The notes under the pieces: generated by a model
Told to the model about the DNA's origin: nothing
Database searches by the model: none
The model's input: the letters and a program-made list of their open reading frames with translations, nothing else
Part shown: positions 61,353 to 64,000 of the stretch, one piece after another
Position numbering within the stretch: the stretch's first letter is position 1
Layout of the letters: the number at the start of each line of letters is the position of its first letter
Source: Yuukianura sp. NJ FZ-2021
Taxonomy: Eukaryota
Assembly: GCA_046563655.1 (NCBI GenBank)
Contig: CM102289.1
Coordinates: forward strand, 2,232,001-2,296,000
Direction of reading: 5' to 3'
DNA length: 64,000 nucleotides
Position numbers and translations under genes: made by a program

Positions 61353-63660
61353 TAATGTACTGCCGCACATTTTTGTACACAGACCATTTTGTTTCATACA
61401 GAAACAATAAGCTACAAAAACCGAGACCACAAGCTATAAAATAAAAACACGTTCTAATATTTCCTTTTAAACTTATTTTCTTTGGCAAATTCAGTAGTTT
61501 CTTTCTTTTCAAATTTTCTTTCATAATTGTATCACTTGCTGTTGGATAGCGTACAGGTTGCCATTTCTCCCACAGTTGAAATACACCAGAAGCCAAATGT
61601 TGTTGTAATTTTTTGTAAACGAATTCGTCAGAGGCAGCGACAAGTTTTACTAATTCCTTGGACTGGTTTCCTTTGCGAAAGAAATTTTCAGATTCTATGT
61701 TACGACTATTTTCATGATGGGCTAAAAACAAATCCAGGTTAGAATCTACACCCATAAGTGCACTTTTTGTACATTGTGAAAGCATTTGGTCCAATTTTGT
61801 AAGAACAAAATTAATATCAGTTTGTTGTGCCGAATGCTGATGATATGAATATATCCACGCAACAATAAAATCATTTGGTAAATTGTAATGAGCTCCGACT
61901 TCACTGAATTCTGATATGTTTTCTACATTTGTGGAATTTTTGACGAGGAGAACATATTTATCGCAGTATATGGTTTTGTTCACGTATGGTTGTAACAGAA
62001 CCTCCGAAGTATTTCGACAAGTTTTGGGATGTGTTTGACTCATTTCCACCAGTCGTTGCAATGTTGGGTATTTTACTGCTTGAGGGTGAACGTATTTGAA
62101 CGTTGGGTAGCTGTAGTTAGTACAGTTGCAAACTATTTGGGTAGCAAGTTCAGCAGAATTTAAAAATGTAAAAGTGTATTCTGGTCCGATTTGATGAAGC
62201 GGCATGTAGAACACCCTAGTTTCAAAGTCTTGAATAAAAATAAAACCTTGTAACTGGTTCGTCATGTAGAAAGTTTGACGAATCGGCTGCGGAGCAGATA
62301 AGAATGAAACTACTTTTCCCTTGTAGGCGTTTGTTAAAACAAGAAATGCAAGAGCCCACAATCCAACTACCGTTGGAGTGCTCTTCCGATTTGGACTTTG
62401 ATGAAATTTTTGAAAAACGTCAAGTGCGTTAAATGAAATTACAAAAAGGCAGTTTACTGCATAACGTAGGAATTCTTTTATCGTTAACCCAATGTGTGTC
62501 CTAATGTAGAAAATTGTACAAACGAAAGTAACCAGAAAACCAAAGAATGTAGTAGTAAACCAAGAGAACGTGTCAAATGGCGCCGCATAAAATTCAAACG
62601 TGAGGATTTCACTTGTGCCATCACAGGTTAAGAAATTTACTGATTCTGTGCCAATGACTAACACAAAGTTTGGAATTTCAAGTTCAGCGCTGGAAACAAT
62701 AGAACCTATAGAAATTTCTTGCTTGACTATCAATTCTCTGTTTGAATCAATAGCTGTAAATGTGTGGGCAATGCTCGAAGGAACAAAAATTTGAACTTCG
62801 TCGAACGCTAGCAATTGGAGATACTCAAGGAATGTTAGGTTTGACTTGAGTTTTGCTGGTTTGAATGGATTCAATTGTTTTTTGGATTCAATTTTTACAA
62901 ATGGTCCCGTTCTAGACTCTAAAACGGGGTAATATTTATTTTGTATTTGATTTTGAACTACGGGTATCATGTTCATCACAGAAACAGAAAATAGTTGTTG
63001 GGTGTCGTTTGTTTCATAATCAAATGCTGCAGTATGGTATGTAATTTCAGTAATATTTGTTGTACTATAAAAATATTTAGAATTTGTGGTAAGAGGTGTC
63101 AGTTTGGAAAAAACAAGAGGGTTTCTACTAAATGACAAAAGACGGACAAAAAATGGATATGTATATGGTAAATCAAAATTTAAATGATGAACTATTACAT
63201 TTAAGGTAAATTGTGAAATGAAACTGAGTTGTTCGGTTATACTTTTGTCATGATAAAAGTCAACACAGGGTAGCTTAGCGTTCGCTATACTTTCATTGAA
63301 CGTGTTTTTACCTATGTAGTAAGGCGTTATGAAGAATATTGAAAAGTATTTTAGCTTACTCGTCTTTATCTTAGCACCAGCTAAATGTACTGCCACAACT
63401 TGTTCCAATAGTTCGTTGTTATGATTACAATACGTAGTTTGCTTCGTTCTCAGGTAAAACAATTTTACCGGAACTTCAAAGCCTACCGTAATCTCTGGGT
63501 GTGTATCATCTCCTGCTACTAACAAATTGTCACTATGTGGAAATTGATTTATCAGAAGATGGAGATTGGTCACTTGGAAGGAATTGTCATTGGCTTTTGC
63601 AAAATGTACAACGAATTGTGCCAAGAATGTAATCAGGGTTGAAATACCAAACAGATCCAT
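61270..63660 (-). CDS. Intronless IR-like protein of the second subfamily, 796 aa (probable parental copy)
   Basis: Same motifs as 51904-54294. Retains unique upstream sequence. Confidence 0.8.
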   Translation of the reverse strand: MDLFGISTLITFLAQFVVHFAKANDNSFQVTNLHLLINQFPHSDNLLVAGDDTHPEITVGFEVPVKLFYLRTKQTTYCNHNNELLEQVVAVHLAGAKIKTSKLKYFSIFFITPYYIGKNTFNESIANAKLPCVDFYHDKSITEQLSFISQFTLNVIVHHLNFDLPYTYPFFVRLLSFSRNPLVFSKLTPLTTNSKYFYSTTNITEITYHTAAFDYETNDTQQLFSVSVMNMIPVVQNQIQNKYYPVLESRTGPFVKIESKKQLNPFKPAKLKSNLTFLEYLQLLAFDEVQIFVPSSIAHTFTAIDSNRELIVKQEISIGSIVSSAELEIPNFVLVIGTESVNFLTCDGTSEILTFEFYAAPFDTFSWFTTTFFGFLVTFVCTIFYIRTHIGLTIKEFLRYAVNCLFVISFNALDVFQKFHQSPNRKSTPTVVGLWALAFLVLTNAYKGKVVSFLSAPQPIRQTFYMTNQLQGFIFIQDFETRVFYMPLHQIGPEYTFTFLNSAELATQIVCNCTNYSYPTFKYVHPQAVKYPTLQRLVEMSQTHPKTCRNTSEVLLQPYVNKTIYCDKYVLLVKNSTNVENISEFSEVGAHYNLPNDFIVAWIYSYHQHSAQQTDINFVLTKLDQMLSQCTKSALMGVDSNLDLFLAHHENSRNIESENFFRKGNQSKELVKLVAASDEFVYKKLQQHLASGVFQLWEKWQPVRYPTASDTIMKENLKRKKLLNLPKKISLKGNIRTCFYFIACGLGFCSLLFLYETKWSVYKNVRQYITVAGNMVRNIWSEVKKSVFKRFQVRLG

Positions 63661-64000
63661 TTCGTGTTACCAAAATTTGCGGCTTATAACTAAGACACAC
63701 AAAAGTTGACTGTGGTGACTGTACCGTCACCGTCATGTACCATCGTGTGTTTCCCAGTTTGACCTCTAAATTCAATCTCAAGGTCACATGGTTAAGTATT
63801 TATTTTAAATTTTGAAAGTGGAAAATGTTCAATTCTCCGAATTGAAAATAAATACTGAACTAGAGGTGAGACCCGAAGCACGCCATTAGATCACAAAATT
63901 ATGTTCACAAAACGTATTTACACGCGATTCAAGTATTTCTTACCATAGTATTTTTCCGCGTATGAAAGCGCCGAAGAAAAGGAACGCAACATGGATCACA

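Noticed and set aside
1..64000. tRNA, rRNA or other structured RNA genes
   Set aside because: None recognisable by eye. A tRNAscan-SE or Infernal run would be needed to exclude them.

Overview
AT-rich, intron-containing animal DNA. Short T-rich introns and two large families of very divergent chemoreceptors suggest a basal hexapod such as a springtail; this is inference. In order: the 3' end of an unknown gene; a 1.1 kb near-perfect foldback element; a flavin monooxygenase (FMO) with a fungal/bacterial-style C-terminal extra domain; a cluster of gustatory-receptor-like 7TM genes (five close paralogues plus one distant); a 4-exon prepro-knottin gene missed by the ORF track; beta-glucuronidase; an E. 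coli-type type II NADH dehydrogenase (ndh) split by six spliceosomal introns; an alpha-arrestin with a long acidic repeat tail; a FLASH/CASP8AP2-like gene; several DNA transposon remnants and MITEs; and a 22 kb array of seven intronless ionotropic-receptor (IR)-like genes, two of them disrupted. The strongest findings are the intronised bacterial ndh, the hidden knottin precursor, the FMO fusion, a MITE that supplies the C-terminus of two receptors, and a splice-acceptor/start-codon interchange among the GR paralogues. Exon boundaries were read by eye from GT/AG sites and checked for frame. Homology calls come from motif recall, not database searches.
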